A stretch of DNA of 63,949 nt, filler included, from an uncultured Methanosarcinales archaeon (GCA_964550945.1; 4 parts of 4 records of this genome joined end to end with filler, not necessarily neighbours in it); one strand, 5' to 3'; positions 29,967-40,995 are shown, numbered from the whole stretch's first letter. The notes: generated by a model not told the origin, from the sequence alone. Translations and numbers: made by a program.

Positions 29967-31150
29967 TTAGTCACCTCCTGTAACCTTAGTTCGATATCAT
30001 TTATTATATTCATGAATGCTATAAAAGCATCATATGGGCTCTCATATGGGTTAAAATATTTGTGGACATCGCCGTCATTAAACCACTTGGTGCACATATA
30101 GTAAAAGTTGTCGCTGTTCTGCAGTTTCCTCCAGTCTTCGATTAGCTTTTTATTATTCTTTTCTTTTATGCTCTTTTCCAGCGCGTAAATCTTCTGGATA
30201 GAGGTTTGCTGTATCTTATTGCCTATCCAGGCGCTTAAGTCTCTTTCGATATCTGCCCAGGAAATAATATTGTGGATGTCAAGCTCTGCTACAGGCTCAT
30301 AAGCCTTAATCAACTCAGAAGGCGTCATAAAATTATTATCATGATGCTTTAAAATTTCTCCTGGCAAAGCTTTCATAAAATTGAATATTCCTGTGTCAGC
30401 CCACTGATGCTCGCCAAAAGTTTCATAGTCCATAAAAAGGTTGACGCAATTGCCGTTTCCATTGGCAGCATTTACCCATTTGGCAAATTTTGGAGCATTT
30501 AATGGCCATTCTTCCCAGCTTTTATTTGAAAATCTGAATGCTATGTCATCGGATAAGCGGTAGTTTTTTAGCAGCAGCTTGATATCTTTAGTTGTTTTAG
30601 GCCTATATAAAAAATTAGGGCTTCTCCAGCCAAGCACGTGGTCTGCGCCCTCTGCTAAAATACCTTTAAATCCCAGATTTTCAATGAAATTAGCTAATTC
30701 ATTGTTGTAGATAAGCTCCGTATTCCTGAAAACGCTTGGTTTGTAGTTAAACAGCTCATTAATCTTCTTTTTATGCAAATCAATCTGCTCTTTGAACTCT
30801 TCTTTTGAGTAGATAAAAGCAAGGCTGTGGTGGTATGTTTCATTCAAAATTTCAACTCTTCCAGTATCAACAAGCTCACGAAATGTGTTAACAACCTCAG
30901 GATACTGTTGCTCAAGCTGCTCTAAAAATACTCCTGAAAACGAATAACTTATTCTGAACTCTGGATGCTCTTTTAACAGGGACAGCATCAGCTTGTTAGT
31001 TGGCAGGTAGCATTTATTTACAACTTTCTGCAGCACACTCTTATTTTTTTCTTCATTGTAGTAATTGTTATTCTTGCCAATATCAAATATGCTGTAATTC
31101 CTCAGCCTATACGGCTGGTGCACTTGAAAATAAAAACAAACGCTGACCAT
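29963..31150 (-). CDS. Glycoside hydrolase family 57 (alpha-amylase-like)
   Basis: FQVHQP, ETYHH, FRNTELIY, MDYETFGEH. Confidence 0.95.
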   Translation of the reverse strand: MVSVCFYFQVHQPYRLRNYSIFDIGKNNNYYNEEKNKSVLQKVVNKCYLPTNKLMLSLLKEHPEFRISYSFSGVFLEQLEQQYPEVVNTFRELVDTGRVEILNETYHHSLAFIYSKEEFKEQIDLHKKKINELFNYKPSVFRNTELIYNNELANFIENLGFKGILAEGADHVLGWRSPNFLYRPKTTKDIKLLLKNYRLSDDIAFRFSNKSWEEWPLNAPKFAKWVNAANGNGNCVNLFMDYETFGEHQWADTGIFNFMKALPGEILKHHDNNFMTPSELIKAYEPVAELDIHNIISWADIERDLSAWIGNKIQQTSIQKIYALEKSIKEKNNKKLIEDWRKLQNSDNFYYMCTKWFNDGDVHKYFNPYESPYDAFIAFMNIINDIELRLQEVTK

Positions 31151-31247
31151 TATTTCTGAATACCTCCTGATTTTTTATTATAAATCATCATTTTTTATTG
31201 ATTGATTTACTGTTGATAATCTTATTTATCCTTCCACCCCTCTTGTT

Positions 31248-32456
31248 TTAAACACAACCTTTATTTAATACCTGATTGTAAATTGCAACACACTTTCTTG
31301 CGCTGTTGTCCCAGCTGAGCTTTTGTATGTCCACTAATCCATTTTGTTTTAGCTCGTCACTAAGCTCTTGGTATTTTAACACATTAACCATCTGATTAAC
31401 CATCATATCAATATCCCAAAAATCCACTTTTAGGCAATGATTTATAACTTCAGAAACCCCGCTCTGCTTGGATATTATCACAGGGGTGTTATTCTTCATT
31501 GCTTCCAATGGAGTTAATCCAAATGGCTCGCTTACAGATGGCATAACATATAAATCAGCCATCCTGTATGCTTTATCAACTTCATCTCCTTTCAAAAAAC
31601 CTGCAAACAAAACCTTATCAGCAATGCCTAATTCAGCGGCTTTTTCCATAATGTGATATTCCATATCACCAGTTCCCACAATAACAAACTTGATATTTGG
31701 CATGATGCCTAAAGCCCTCTTAGCAGCATAAATAAAGTAATCTGGCCCTTTTTGCAGGGTTATTCTGCCTAAAAATAAAACCACCTTGTTCTTCTTTTTT
31801 ATGCCAAATTCTTCTCTGAGATTATTATTGCCGCTAAATTCAACTGCGTTATGAACAACGTGGATCTTATCTGGATCAACCCCATAATGCTCAATTATCT
31901 TGTTTTTTGTGAAATTGCTTACTGCTATTATCGAATCAGCAGCGTACATCCCTTCCCTTTCTAAGTTATAGACCATATGGTTGATGCCATTCCCTCCAGT
32001 CCTGTCAAATTCTGTTGCATGCACATGAACCACTAATGGCTTACCAGACACTTTTTTTGCTTGTATGCCTGCCTGGTAGGTCATCCAATCATGGGCGTGT
32101 ATAACATCATGCGGCTCATCTTTAGCTATTTTCCTGGCTTGAATAGAATATCTATAAACTTCTTTAAATAGGTCTTTTCCATAAAGCTTGCTTATATTAG
32201 GATTTTTTTTCATTATAAGACTATAACTTTCAGAGGTCATATACGCACATATTGGCGAATCTACAGATTTAATACTCAATTTGGAATCAGCAGAGATGAT
32301 TTTTAAAAAATTTGCCTTTACATCAGCTGCTTTAGGCAGCACAAAAGTAACCTCTACACCATTATTACTTAGGCCTTTGGTTAGGCCATAGCATGCTGTG
32401 CCTAGCCCACCGCTATTTAAAGGAGGAAACTCCCAGCCAAACATCAATACTTTCAT
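31248..32456 (-). CDS. GT4 glycosyltransferase (glycogen/alpha-glucan synthase-like)
   Basis: MFGWEFPP..GGLG, HAHDW, EPFGLTPLEA. Confidence 0.92.
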   Translation of the reverse strand: MKVLMFGWEFPPLNSGGLGTACYGLTKGLSNNGVEVTFVLPKAADVKANFLKIISADSKLSIKSVDSPICAYMTSESYSLIMKKNPNISKLYGKDLFKEVYRYSIQARKIAKDEPHDVIHAHDWMTYQAGIQAKKVSGKPLVVHVHATEFDRTGGNGINHMVYNLEREGMYAADSIIAVSNFTKNKIIEHYGVDPDKIHVVHNAVEFSGNNNLREEFGIKKKNKVVLFLGRITLQKGPDYFIYAAKRALGIMPNIKFVIVGTGDMEYHIMEKAAELGIADKVLFAGFLKGDEVDKAYRMADLYVMPSVSEPFGLTPLEAMKNNTPVIISKQSGVSEVINHCLKVDFWDIDMMVNQMVNVLKYQELSDELKQNGLVDIQKLSWDNSARKCVAIYNQVLNKGCV

Positions 32457-32458
32457 TT

Positions 32459-33154
32459 TTAGATTCCCACAATTTGTTTGTTTAACCTATTCTGGCTATT
32501 TATTCTTAGATTATCATTGCCTGAACTATGCAGTTTACCTAATTCTGTAATCCTGAAGATACGAACATATTCTGAGCTAAAGACCTCTTTAATAAGGCCG
32601 CGGCCAACAAGATAAACCAGATGGCTTTCTACTGTTCTCCAATTAGTATTTGTTCTGATAGAAAGCTCATTAATAGTACGCTCCCCTTCTAGAAGTTCTG
32701 ATAAAATCCTTTTCCTTATCTGGATAAAACTTCTTTTTTTAATCTGCTGCTTTTTTCTGATATGAGTGATGATGTTTTTAGCGCTTTTAATTTCAGCTAA
32801 AGGCCTTATTTCAGTTATAATGCCTGAGATAATATCCTCTCTCTTAAAGGGGTGAGCCTTTACTAAGACATCAATCATCTTCCCTTCTTTGGTTAACCTT
32901 TTGGATTTGTAGCTAACTTCATTGCCTTTAAGAATCTCTTTCATGATTAGCCCTAACTCTGGTTGGTATTCTTCTGGAATCGCAGGATTTTTTCTACCTA
33001 AAACATCAATCCTTTTGTAGCCTAAAAGCTCTTCTGCTTTCTTGTTCCAGAAACTGATCTTCATAGGCAGTTTTAGGTCGGTAATGATAACAGCATCTTT
33101 AGAACTATCTAGAACTATCCAAAAGTCACCTTCTTTTTCCATATAAACTTTCAC
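32459..33154 (-). CDS. PAS-domain plus winged-HTH transcriptional regulator
   Basis: DAVIITD..FWNKKAEELLGY..DVLG (PAS) and TINELS..NWRTVESHL..LVGRGLI (wHTH). Confidence 0.85.
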   Translation of the reverse strand: MKVYMEKEGDFWIVLDSSKDAVIITDLKLPMKISFWNKKAEELLGYKRIDVLGRKNPAIPEEYQPELGLIMKEILKGNEVSYKSKRLTKEGKMIDVLVKAHPFKREDIISGIITEIRPLAEIKSAKNIITHIRKKQQIKKRSFIQIRKRILSELLEGERTINELSIRTNTNWRTVESHLVYLVGRGLIKEVFSSEYVRIFRITELGKLHSSGNDNLRINSQNRLNKQIVGI

Positions 33155-33324
33155 TTTGGGATAAGAGGTATATAAATATTATTGTTTTTGGTTGTAACCT
33201 ATCAGTATAATGGTACTATCATCTACCTAAGATAATCAGACCTTCTTGATTTGAGCCCATTTTCTCTGAACCGACTATAAAGTAGTATGAAAGGTTTATA
33301 TTATTACTTGGCTTTTCTCAAAGA

Positions 33325-34266
33325 ATGGAACTGAGGAAAGACTATATTCTAAACAGGTGGGTTTTTCTAGCCTCAGAAAGAAAGATAAGGCCAAGAGAAT
33401 TTAAGAAGCATATTGCAAAACACAAAGACAATCTGTGTTATTTTTGTCCAGGCAACGAAAATCTTACGCCTCCTGAGATTGGCAGAGTTGGGAAAGAAAA
33501 ATGGAAAATCCGCTGGTTTCCAAATAAGTTTCCAGCTGTTGCTTTGGAAGGCAATCCAGCAATAAGAACTGATAATAAATACTTCACTTTTTCAGATTCT
33601 TATGGAAAACATGAGGTTATAGCAGAAACTCCTGATCATAATAAACAACTTTGGAACCTATCAAATGAGGACATCTGCGAGATTTTAGAGGTCTATAATC
33701 AAAGAATACAAGAGCTAAGCAAGATTCCGGAGATAAAATATGTTTTGGTTTTTAAAAATCATGGCAATGAAGCTGGAACATCATTGATCCATAGCCATAC
33801 TCAGATTGCTGCCCTAAATATGGTTCCTACTTTAATACAAGAAGAGGCATTGGCTGCTAAGAATTATGGCACCTGCCCCTATTGCGAGATTATTAACGTT
33901 GAAAAACAAAGCTATCGGAGGTGTTTTGAAAATAATAGTTTTGTAGCATTTACACCCTATGCTTCAAGATTCAATTATGAGATATGGGTGTTTCCAAAGA
34001 GGCATGTAAGGGCAATGAATGATATGAATAGAGGAGAATTCGCTGACTGCGCTGATATATTAAAAAAGATAGTAGATAAGCTAAAACAAATAGATGCTGC
34101 TTATAATTATTATCTTCATTATTCTCCAAAAAATGAAGACCTGCATTTTCATATTGAGGTAACTCCAAGGATGGCAACCTGGGCTGGTTTTGAGCTGGGT
34201 TCTGAATCAATTATCAACTCTATATCCCCAGAAGATGCAGCTAAATTTTATAGGGGAGAGCCATGA
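33325..34266 (+). CDS. galT: Galactose-1-phosphate uridylyltransferase family
   Basis: ELRKD..WV, CYFCPGNE, NKFPA, FKNHG..AGTSLIHSHTQI, CPYC. Confidence 0.9.
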   Translation: MELRKDYILNRWVFLASERKIRPREFKKHIAKHKDNLCYFCPGNENLTPPEIGRVGKEKWKIRWFPNKFPAVALEGNPAIRTDNKYFTFSDSYGKHEVIAETPDHNKQLWNLSNEDICEILEVYNQRIQELSKIPEIKYVLVFKNHGNEAGTSLIHSHTQIAALNMVPTLIQEEALAAKNYGTCPYCEIINVEKQSYRRCFENNSFVAFTPYASRFNYEIWVFPKRHVRAMNDMNRGEFADCADILKKIVDKLKQIDAAYNYYLHYSPKNEDLHFHIEVTPRMATWAGFELGSESIINSISPEDAAKFYRGEP

Positions 34267-36080
34267 GAGTCATTCACTCTGTGAATAGTGAAAGCATTGT
34301 AAAGAATACAACCAAAGAATGCAGCATAATGTTAACTAATAAAATTGGCGGTTATTTGCTGCTGTCAGATTTTCCAAAAAGCAGGTATGAGGGATTCTTT
34401 ATTAATATGGGCAATAAGATGTATAAAATAATTGAAAATATCAGGATTAGCGAGCCTTCAGAGCTAAAGTCCCTGAAAAACAATTTTTATTATTTTGAGA
34501 GAAAAAGACAAGGCATCAATGAGACTTTCTTTATGCCGTACAATTTTAATTCTTTGGTTTATGAGCTGAACAAAAGCTCTATGATAGACGTGATTTTTGA
34601 TGTTAAAGAATCTTATGACAACAGGGAATTTGGAAGGCTTTATGAAATTTCTGAAGAACATGAATGCATTATAATAAAATTCACCAAAAAAACAGATGCT
34701 AAGGAGGACAGAAGCGACGGCATAACTGAGTATTCACTTTTTATTGCTATTAAGCCCGATAAATCAGCCTGCAAAAAAGCAGCTAATTGGGAAGAAAGAG
34801 ACTATACAATTGACCGAGAGCGAAACTCCGCGCCATCTAATAGATTTGTTTTTCATGCTTTAGCCTTGACAGGAAGAATGGTTGTCTTTTCTGTTTCCGA
34901 AGAAAAGAAGAAAGCAATCAGGGAAGCTACTTATATTTTTAATAACGTAAAAAAACTAAAAATACGGCAAAAGATACATTTTTTAAAGAATATTCTGAAT
35001 AAGAAAAAAAGCATAATCACGAAAATCAAAGACCATGAATTGAAATTTGCTTATTTATGCGCATTAAACTCACTCGACGCTTTACAGGTGGAATCTGCCA
35101 GCGAGGCTGGAGTCTATGCTGGGCTGCCTTGGTTTTTTCAATTTTGGTCTAGGGACGAGTTAATATCTTTAAATTCCATTATTGATATAGGCACAAAAAA
35201 AGCCATACTATTAAAGCATTTGAATAGCATAAATAATCGGGGCAAAATTCCGAATATTGACAATAAAGATAATGCGGATGGGATTGGCTGGCTTTTTAAA
35301 CGCATAGATGATTGTTTAATGCTGCCACAAAATTCAGCCGTTCCGAGCCATTTAAGCAGAGATGAGGAGGAGTTTTTGACAAATTCATTGGAGTATTCTG
35401 TTGAAAGATTAATACGCCACTCGCATGATGATTTTGTTGCTAATAACTCCAAAGAGACATGGATGGATTCAATTGACAGAGCAGGTATAAGAATAGAGAT
35501 ACAAGCTCTTTTTCTGAATATATTACATATTTCGTTTAAACTGACAAAAGATGCCAAATACAAAGTTGTTGAGGAAAGATTACGGCAAAAGTTGAAAAGA
35601 GATTTTTGGAATGGGGCTGTATTAGCGGATGGTCTAGGGGATTGGACTATCAGGCCTAATCTGTTTATTGCAGCTTATATCTACCCTGAACTATTAAATA
35701 AGGAAGAATGGACTAGATGTTTTGAGGAGACTCTAAAAGCCCTATGGCTAGATTGGGGAGGCGTTTCAACAATAGATAAAAAAAATCCATGCTTCTGCAA
35801 GTGGAATACAGGCGAGGATTCTAAGAGCTACCACAATGGCGATTCCTGGTATTGGATTAATAACCTAGCTGCTCTTGTTATGAGCGATATGAACAAAGAA
35901 CAGTTCCAAGACTATATCAACAAAATCTTAGCAAGCTCAAAAGAAGAAATTTTATATTCTGGGGCAATTGGCTGCCATGCTGAGCTAAGCTCTGCAGCAG
36001 AACAAAAAAGCGAAGGCTGCGTTAATCAAGCGTGGAGCAATGCAATGTTTGTTGAGCTGGTTGAGAAACTTGTGGAATAA
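34263..36080 (+). CDS. Amylo-alpha-1,6-glucosidase (glycogen debranching enzyme)
   Basis: YAGLPWFFQFWSRDE, ETWMD, RPN, YHNGDSW, QAWS. Confidence 0.9.
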   Translation: MRVIHSVNSESIVKNTTKECSIMLTNKIGGYLLLSDFPKSRYEGFFINMGNKMYKIIENIRISEPSELKSLKNNFYYFERKRQGINETFFMPYNFNSLVYELNKSSMIDVIFDVKESYDNREFGRLYEISEEHECIIIKFTKKTDAKEDRSDGITEYSLFIAIKPDKSACKKAANWEERDYTIDRERNSAPSNRFVFHALALTGRMVVFSVSEEKKKAIREATYIFNNVKKLKIRQKIHFLKNILNKKKSIITKIKDHELKFAYLCALNSLDALQVESASEAGVYAGLPWFFQFWSRDELISLNSIIDIGTKKAILLKHLNSINNRGKIPNIDNKDNADGIGWLFKRIDDCLMLPQNSAVPSHLSRDEEEFLTNSLEYSVERLIRHSHDDFVANNSKETWMDSIDRAGIRIEIQALFLNILHISFKLTKDAKYKVVEERLRQKLKRDFWNGAVLADGLGDWTIRPNLFIAAYIYPELLNKEEWTRCFEETLKALWLDWGGVSTIDKKNPCFCKWNTGEDSKSYHNGDSWYWINNLAALVMSDMNKEQFQDYINKILASSKEEILYSGAIGCHAELSSAAEQKSEGCVNQAWSNAMFVELVEKLVE

Positions 36081-36140
36081 TCTTGTTGGCAAGGCGATGA
36101 TTTTTCTATGCAACTTCAAACTACCAATATAAGCGAAAGC

Positions 36141-36176
36141 TTTAAATACATGTATATTACATGTTATTTGCATGTT
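36141..36176 (+). promoter_or_regulatory. TATA box with three (A/G)CATGT sites at an 11-bp period
   Basis: TTTAAATA at 36141; TACATGTA at 36147, TACATGTT at 36158, TGCATGTT at 36169. Confidence 0.6.
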
Positions 36177-36330
36177 AAAGGATGGCAAGGAAAAGATTGA
36201 TGTTTATCTCTCTCTGGAGTGCAAAAAAGAAATACAAAAAAGAGCCAAAAAAGCAGACCTTTCAGTTTCTGATTATATGAAATTAAAAGCGCTGGATATG
36301 CTGATTGATAAAAAAGAGGCAGTTAAATGA
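36172..36330 (+). CDS. Small RHH (MobC/CopG-like) regulator (52 aa), not in the ORF track
   Basis: MLKDGKEKIDVYLSLECKKEIQKRAKKADLSVSDYMKLKALDMLIDKKEAVK; ATGA overlap with the next gene. Confidence 0.75.
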   Translation: MLKDGKEKIDVYLSLECKKEIQKRAKKADLSVSDYMKLKALDMLIDKKEAVK

Positions 36331-38096
36331 GAAAGAAGAGCTTAATGCTTGCCATTTGCATGTTTCTCTTTTTTATAATCTCTTATAGTGTTACGGCTCC
36401 ACCAGCGCCTCATAATGTAAGAGGCAGAGTATTCCATTTGGATGGCGTTACAGGCGTGCCAAATGGCGTTAAAGTTGCTATTAATGAATCTAATTCAAGT
36501 GATTACATTACCACTCAGGTTTATAGCCCTCCTTTTGAGCAGGGATGGTATGCTGCAACTGTTAATGGAACTGATAATGACACAATAATTATAACTGCCT
36601 GGAACAATACACATTATGGCCAAAATATCACAACCTTGGCTAATGGCACAACTTACGCTAATATAGCCTTAAATACGACTAGAGCTGCGGAAACTAACAC
36701 AACAATAATATTGCCCTCTAACAATAGCATAAGAAATGCAAGCACATACTTCAATGTAACTGCAGTCATTGCTGCAATTGGCGGCCAAGATGCAATAGGC
36801 TGTTCAGCTGAAATCATTTTCAGCAACAACATACTAGTCCTTGCAACTGGCGAAACTATGATACATGATCTGGCTGGTATAAGCCTTGGCTCATCCAAAA
36901 CAACAACATGGAATATTACGGCAATGGCTGAAGGCTCTGTTAATATAACTGTAAATTCAAGCTGTGACAGTGATGGAATAAACCTTGATGGCCTTAATAG
37001 ATATACTGCGTATAATATCACTATCAGGGATTATGCTCCCCCATTTATTATTTTAGAATCCCCAGCAAATAATTCCATGTCAAGAGCAACAAATGACCCA
37101 ATAATCTTCAAATACAATATCTCTGATTTTTCTACAATATTAAACTGCTCATTGATGATAAATGGAACTATAAACAAGACAAACTCCACTGTAGAAAGAA
37201 ACATTTCTCAGAATTTTAGCGTGATTTTACCTATTGGAGATTATAATTGGAGCGTGCGGTGCTTTGATAACAGCTCAATCCATAACTTAGGGTATTCAAA
37301 TGCGCATAATCTATTTATAACTCCTAACGCTTTACCTGATATAACTAATATGGCTATTGAAGACCCAATAGACCTTACAGCAGGCTCTATAAAACTAGTT
37401 TTTTGCAATGCTACTGTGACTGATGAAGACAATTTGTCTGATCTACAGGAAGTTAACTCAACATTTTACTTTTCTTCGTATGAATCTACTACCGAAGACG
37501 ATAACAATTACCACTATTCTAATAACAGCTGCATGAACATAAGCCAAGGCGCATTCGCGGCAAACTATAGCTGCAGCTTTGCAATATCCTACTATGCAAA
37601 TAATGGAAGCTGGTATTGCAATATGACTGCAAAAGACCTTAACAATGCTTCAGGCTCAAATAAATTAGAAACAATAATAAATGATATGTTAGCAATTGAT
37701 ATTTCACCTATGATTATTGATTACGGCGTCTTAGACCCAGGAAACACATCAATAAATGATTCCAATGTGACTCTGACAAATTATGGGAATGTGCCAATAA
37801 ATGTAACATTAAGCGGATATGGCGCAGCTGAAGGCGATAACCTGTCCATGGATTGTGTTATTGGGAACATCTCAATAGGGCATGAAAGATACTCTATAGA
37901 TTACAATAAAAACTTTGATGAAATGAACGAACTTACAAATACATCAGCATTTATTGGCAATTTCACGCTAGCGCAACGCACAGATGACGCAACATATAAA
38001 AATGATAAGAATTATACATATTGGAAAATGAGAATTCCCTATAGTGTTAAAAGCTCATGTAACGGAACTATAACCTTTACAGCGATTTTGAATTGA
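36327..38096 (+). CDS. Secreted surface glycoprotein with Ig-like domains
   Basis: Signal peptide, NCSLMINGT..YNWSVRC Ig unit, many N-x-S/T sequons. Confidence 0.82.
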   Translation: MRKKSLMLAICMFLFFIISYSVTAPPAPHNVRGRVFHLDGVTGVPNGVKVAINESNSSDYITTQVYSPPFEQGWYAATVNGTDNDTIIITAWNNTHYGQNITTLANGTTYANIALNTTRAAETNTTIILPSNNSIRNASTYFNVTAVIAAIGGQDAIGCSAEIIFSNNILVLATGETMIHDLAGISLGSSKTTTWNITAMAEGSVNITVNSSCDSDGINLDGLNRYTAYNITIRDYAPPFIILESPANNSMSRATNDPIIFKYNISDFSTILNCSLMINGTINKTNSTVERNISQNFSVILPIGDYNWSVRCFDNSSIHNLGYSNAHNLFITPNALPDITNMAIEDPIDLTAGSIKLVFCNATVTDEDNLSDLQEVNSTFYFSSYESTTEDDNNYHYSNNSCMNISQGAFAANYSCSFAISYYANNGSWYCNMTAKDLNNASGSNKLETIINDMLAIDISPMIIDYGVLDPGNTSINDSNVTLTNYGNVPINVTLSGYGAAEGDNLSMDCVIGNISIGHERYSIDYNKNFDEMNELTNTSAFIGNFTLAQRTDDATYKNDKNYTYWKMRIPYSVKSSCNGTITFTAILN

Positions 38097-38098
38097 AT

Positions 38099-38766
38099 AT
38101 GAATAAAAATAATATAGCAAAAAGAGGCGTACTGATTTTGATTGGTATAGCGATATTTATAATCCACATTATATTTGTCCATGCCATTAGCTATGATATT
38201 GAGTATGGCTGCGAACAAGATATTTGTATAAAAGGTGAACCTATCCAGTGGACCATATCCCTGTTTAATTATGGCCAAAAAAAGATAGAAATCACTAGTA
38301 TAGAACTAATCGACAGCGTTAATAGCACTGTAATAGCTTATTACAACATAACGTATGATCCTTACAGGTCAGAGAATAAAGGTTTGATCACCATTGACCC
38401 TAATAGCAAAATAAATAGGATAATCAACACCAGACTGCCAAAACCAAATATATATAACTCATTAGCCTATCGCTTTTGTTATTCAAATACAGTATTGGAT
38501 AATAATATACTAATAAGGCAAGGCATTTATACATTAAGGAATTGTGATAATAAGAATTACAGTATAAACGTTTTAGAATGCAATACAGATAATCATTGCA
38601 GCTATAATGAGTTATGCAAAAACAGTAAATGCGTACCTCTAGAATGCGGAGATGGAGAATGCCAGTATATATCTTCACATAAATGCATGGATTATGACTG
38701 TTGTGATCCTGATTCGTGTGGAAAAGCGGAGTATTGCGAAAATCATCAATGTATTCAGCTTAATTG
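38099..38766 (+). CDS. Secreted Cys-rich protein (3'-partial)
   Basis: Signal peptide, EC..D.HC...E.C...C repeats; runs into the gap. Confidence 0.72.
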
Positions 38767-38866
38767 NNNNNNNNNNNNNNNNNNNNNNNNNNNNNNNNNN
38801 NNNNNNNNNNTTAATTAATTAANNNNNNNNNNNNNNNNNNNNNNNNNNNNNNNNNNNNNNNNNNNN
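38767..38866. other. Artificial contig linker
   Basis: N-run, TTAATTAATTAA, N-run. Confidence 0.95.
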
Positions 38867-40425
38867 TGTTCAGTGATAGTAATAGTTGAAGGATCTGGAA
38901 CTGGATAGAACCCGGGAGATATCACAACAAAATTAAAAGTGCCATTTGGAACGTATCTTATCTCATAATTACCATTTAAGTCTGTTATAGCTATTGCTTC
39001 TTGCGACCAAAGGCCATTAGTGATTAGGACTCTAGCGCCACTCACTTTGTTGCTGGTGGTCTGATTATATACGTAACCGGTTATTTTAGCGCCTCCTGGT
39101 TCTTCACAGACTGTTGTTGAATATCTTGTTGTGGCTCCATCATAGCAGCAATAGCCAGTATCTGTAGTCAGGTTTCTTCTGTTAGTATCTGTAGTATAAT
39201 CATGAGGGCAATAACAATATCCCAATCCAACAAAAGCGTCATTATTGCTTTCAGTGATTTCTCCTGCATTGCAGAAGTTTTCATTGCAGTTTTGATAACA
39301 TGGGAAACCATCGCAGCCAGGATAAATGTAATAGGAGTTATCTGGGCATTCATCTTGGGAGTTACAGCAGTCTTGTATTGGTCCGTTTGGGTCTATATCT
39401 TGACAACATATTGAATTTGGACCATAAGCCTCTTGACAATCAGAATCATAGGTTGGATAAGGAGTGTTACAAGCTAGAATTCCTCTATCAGGAATACAAT
39501 CATAAGGTGAAGTGCATCTATTTGGGGCTGGACAACTGCTGTCATCAGTTGCTTCTGGTTCAAATGCTCCATCAACGCAGCACCAGCCTGAGCCAGCTGC
39601 TCTGACTTGCCCATCACAAATACAGGGAGTTTGTATAACCCCAGCTGAGCAATCAGAAACAGGAGTACAAGTAGAACCAATAGGATCTGTATCATAAGTA
39701 TTATCACTACAACAGAAACCCGAAGAATGCTCTTGACCTTGACAAATGCATGCTTGAGTTATCGTATCATTTAATGTGCAGTTATGCAATGGGGGCTGAC
39801 ATTCTACTAAACATTGGCTTTGGCTGGTATAATTTGCAGTATTATAAATGTTCCAGCAGCAATAGTCGGCTGCATTAATTTGACCGTCTCCACAATAACA
39901 GCTTACACTATTTGCTCCGCAGTCCATATCGCACACAGGTGATTGGCATTCATTAACATTTGGTCTTGGATCATTACAGGCTGTAGCTTCAATAGCTGAA
40001 CTTACAGGAGCACAACAATTTATTTTTGTACATGAATCAATGAAAGGAGCGGTTTGTATTGGTTCGCCTGAGGATTGGTTATAACAAGGATTATTGCCCT
40101 GGCTTACTGTATAACCTTGGTTATAGGTACCTTCTGCACCTAAACATTCTGATTCATTCCAACCATAACATCCAAAACCAGGAAGCAGACAACAACCTTC
40201 GCCTGAGGGCGTTGCAAGTAAATCAACCTTTTCTGCTTTTTCTTTCAACTCGTAACTAATCGGAACAATTCTTCCGAACTCTCTGTTTTCAGTTAGATAA
40301 TTAGATACAACTTGTGATGAAATAGGATTATCTTCCTGAGCATAAGCAGCAGGCCATAATATGATATTCATAATTATCCAAAATATCAAAAACTTATTCA
40401 AGCTCCTAGAGCTTGCCCTATTCAT
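38867..40425 (-). CDS. Cys-rich secreted protein with a carboxypeptidase-regulatory-like beta sandwich (3'-partial)
   Basis: N-terminal shared export module, repeated CxC..G.CC units, ITGYVYN..VSGARV..TDLNGNYEI. Confidence 0.8.
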
Positions 40426-40561
40426 TCTTTTCTTCCTCCAGTTTCCTTTTCATCAAGAATTCTAAGCCATGGCTTCTATTTGCAAAAATCTTTTCATCGA
40501 TTTTTTTATCTAACCAATTCAGAAGGTCTTTATCAAGGGTAATTGTTATTCTTTCTTTCAC
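40418..40561 (-). CDS. Small CopG/RHH regulator (47 aa, GTG start), not in the ORF track
   Basis: MKERITITLDKDLLNWLDKKIDEKIFANRSHGLEFLMKRKLEEEKNE; GAGGA SD; overlaps the next start. Confidence 0.8.
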   Translation of the reverse strand: MKERITITLDKDLLNWLDKKIDEKIFANRSHGLEFLMKRKLEEEKNE

Positions 40562-40995
40562 TTGCTAATCCTCTTTTTTGCCAAAAACTTTTTGTGTTTT
40601 TGGTCTTAATCAGAAATTTTTTAGATTCCTGACTTCTCAATCCCCTTCTCAGTCTTTGCTTACCCCCGAGTATTTTGAAATACACTCGACTATAAAGTGT
40701 TATTCGATACTATGAAATAAGTAGTATTTAAAGTTTTTGTTTTCGATTATTACAAAATAATCATTGATAATAATGTATACTAAATGGTATGGTTAAATAA
40801 GATAAGATATGATATAATAATAAGCATCTATCATATTAAGGTATAAACAGTAATATTTTTACATATTAAATAAGTAGTAGTATTTTGTAAATACTATAGA
40901 GTATTAATGATTATTAGTACATACTTAGTAAAATAGAATCATATAATTACGTTTACATATTTAATAAGATAGTATAAGTATAGATAATCTTAGGG

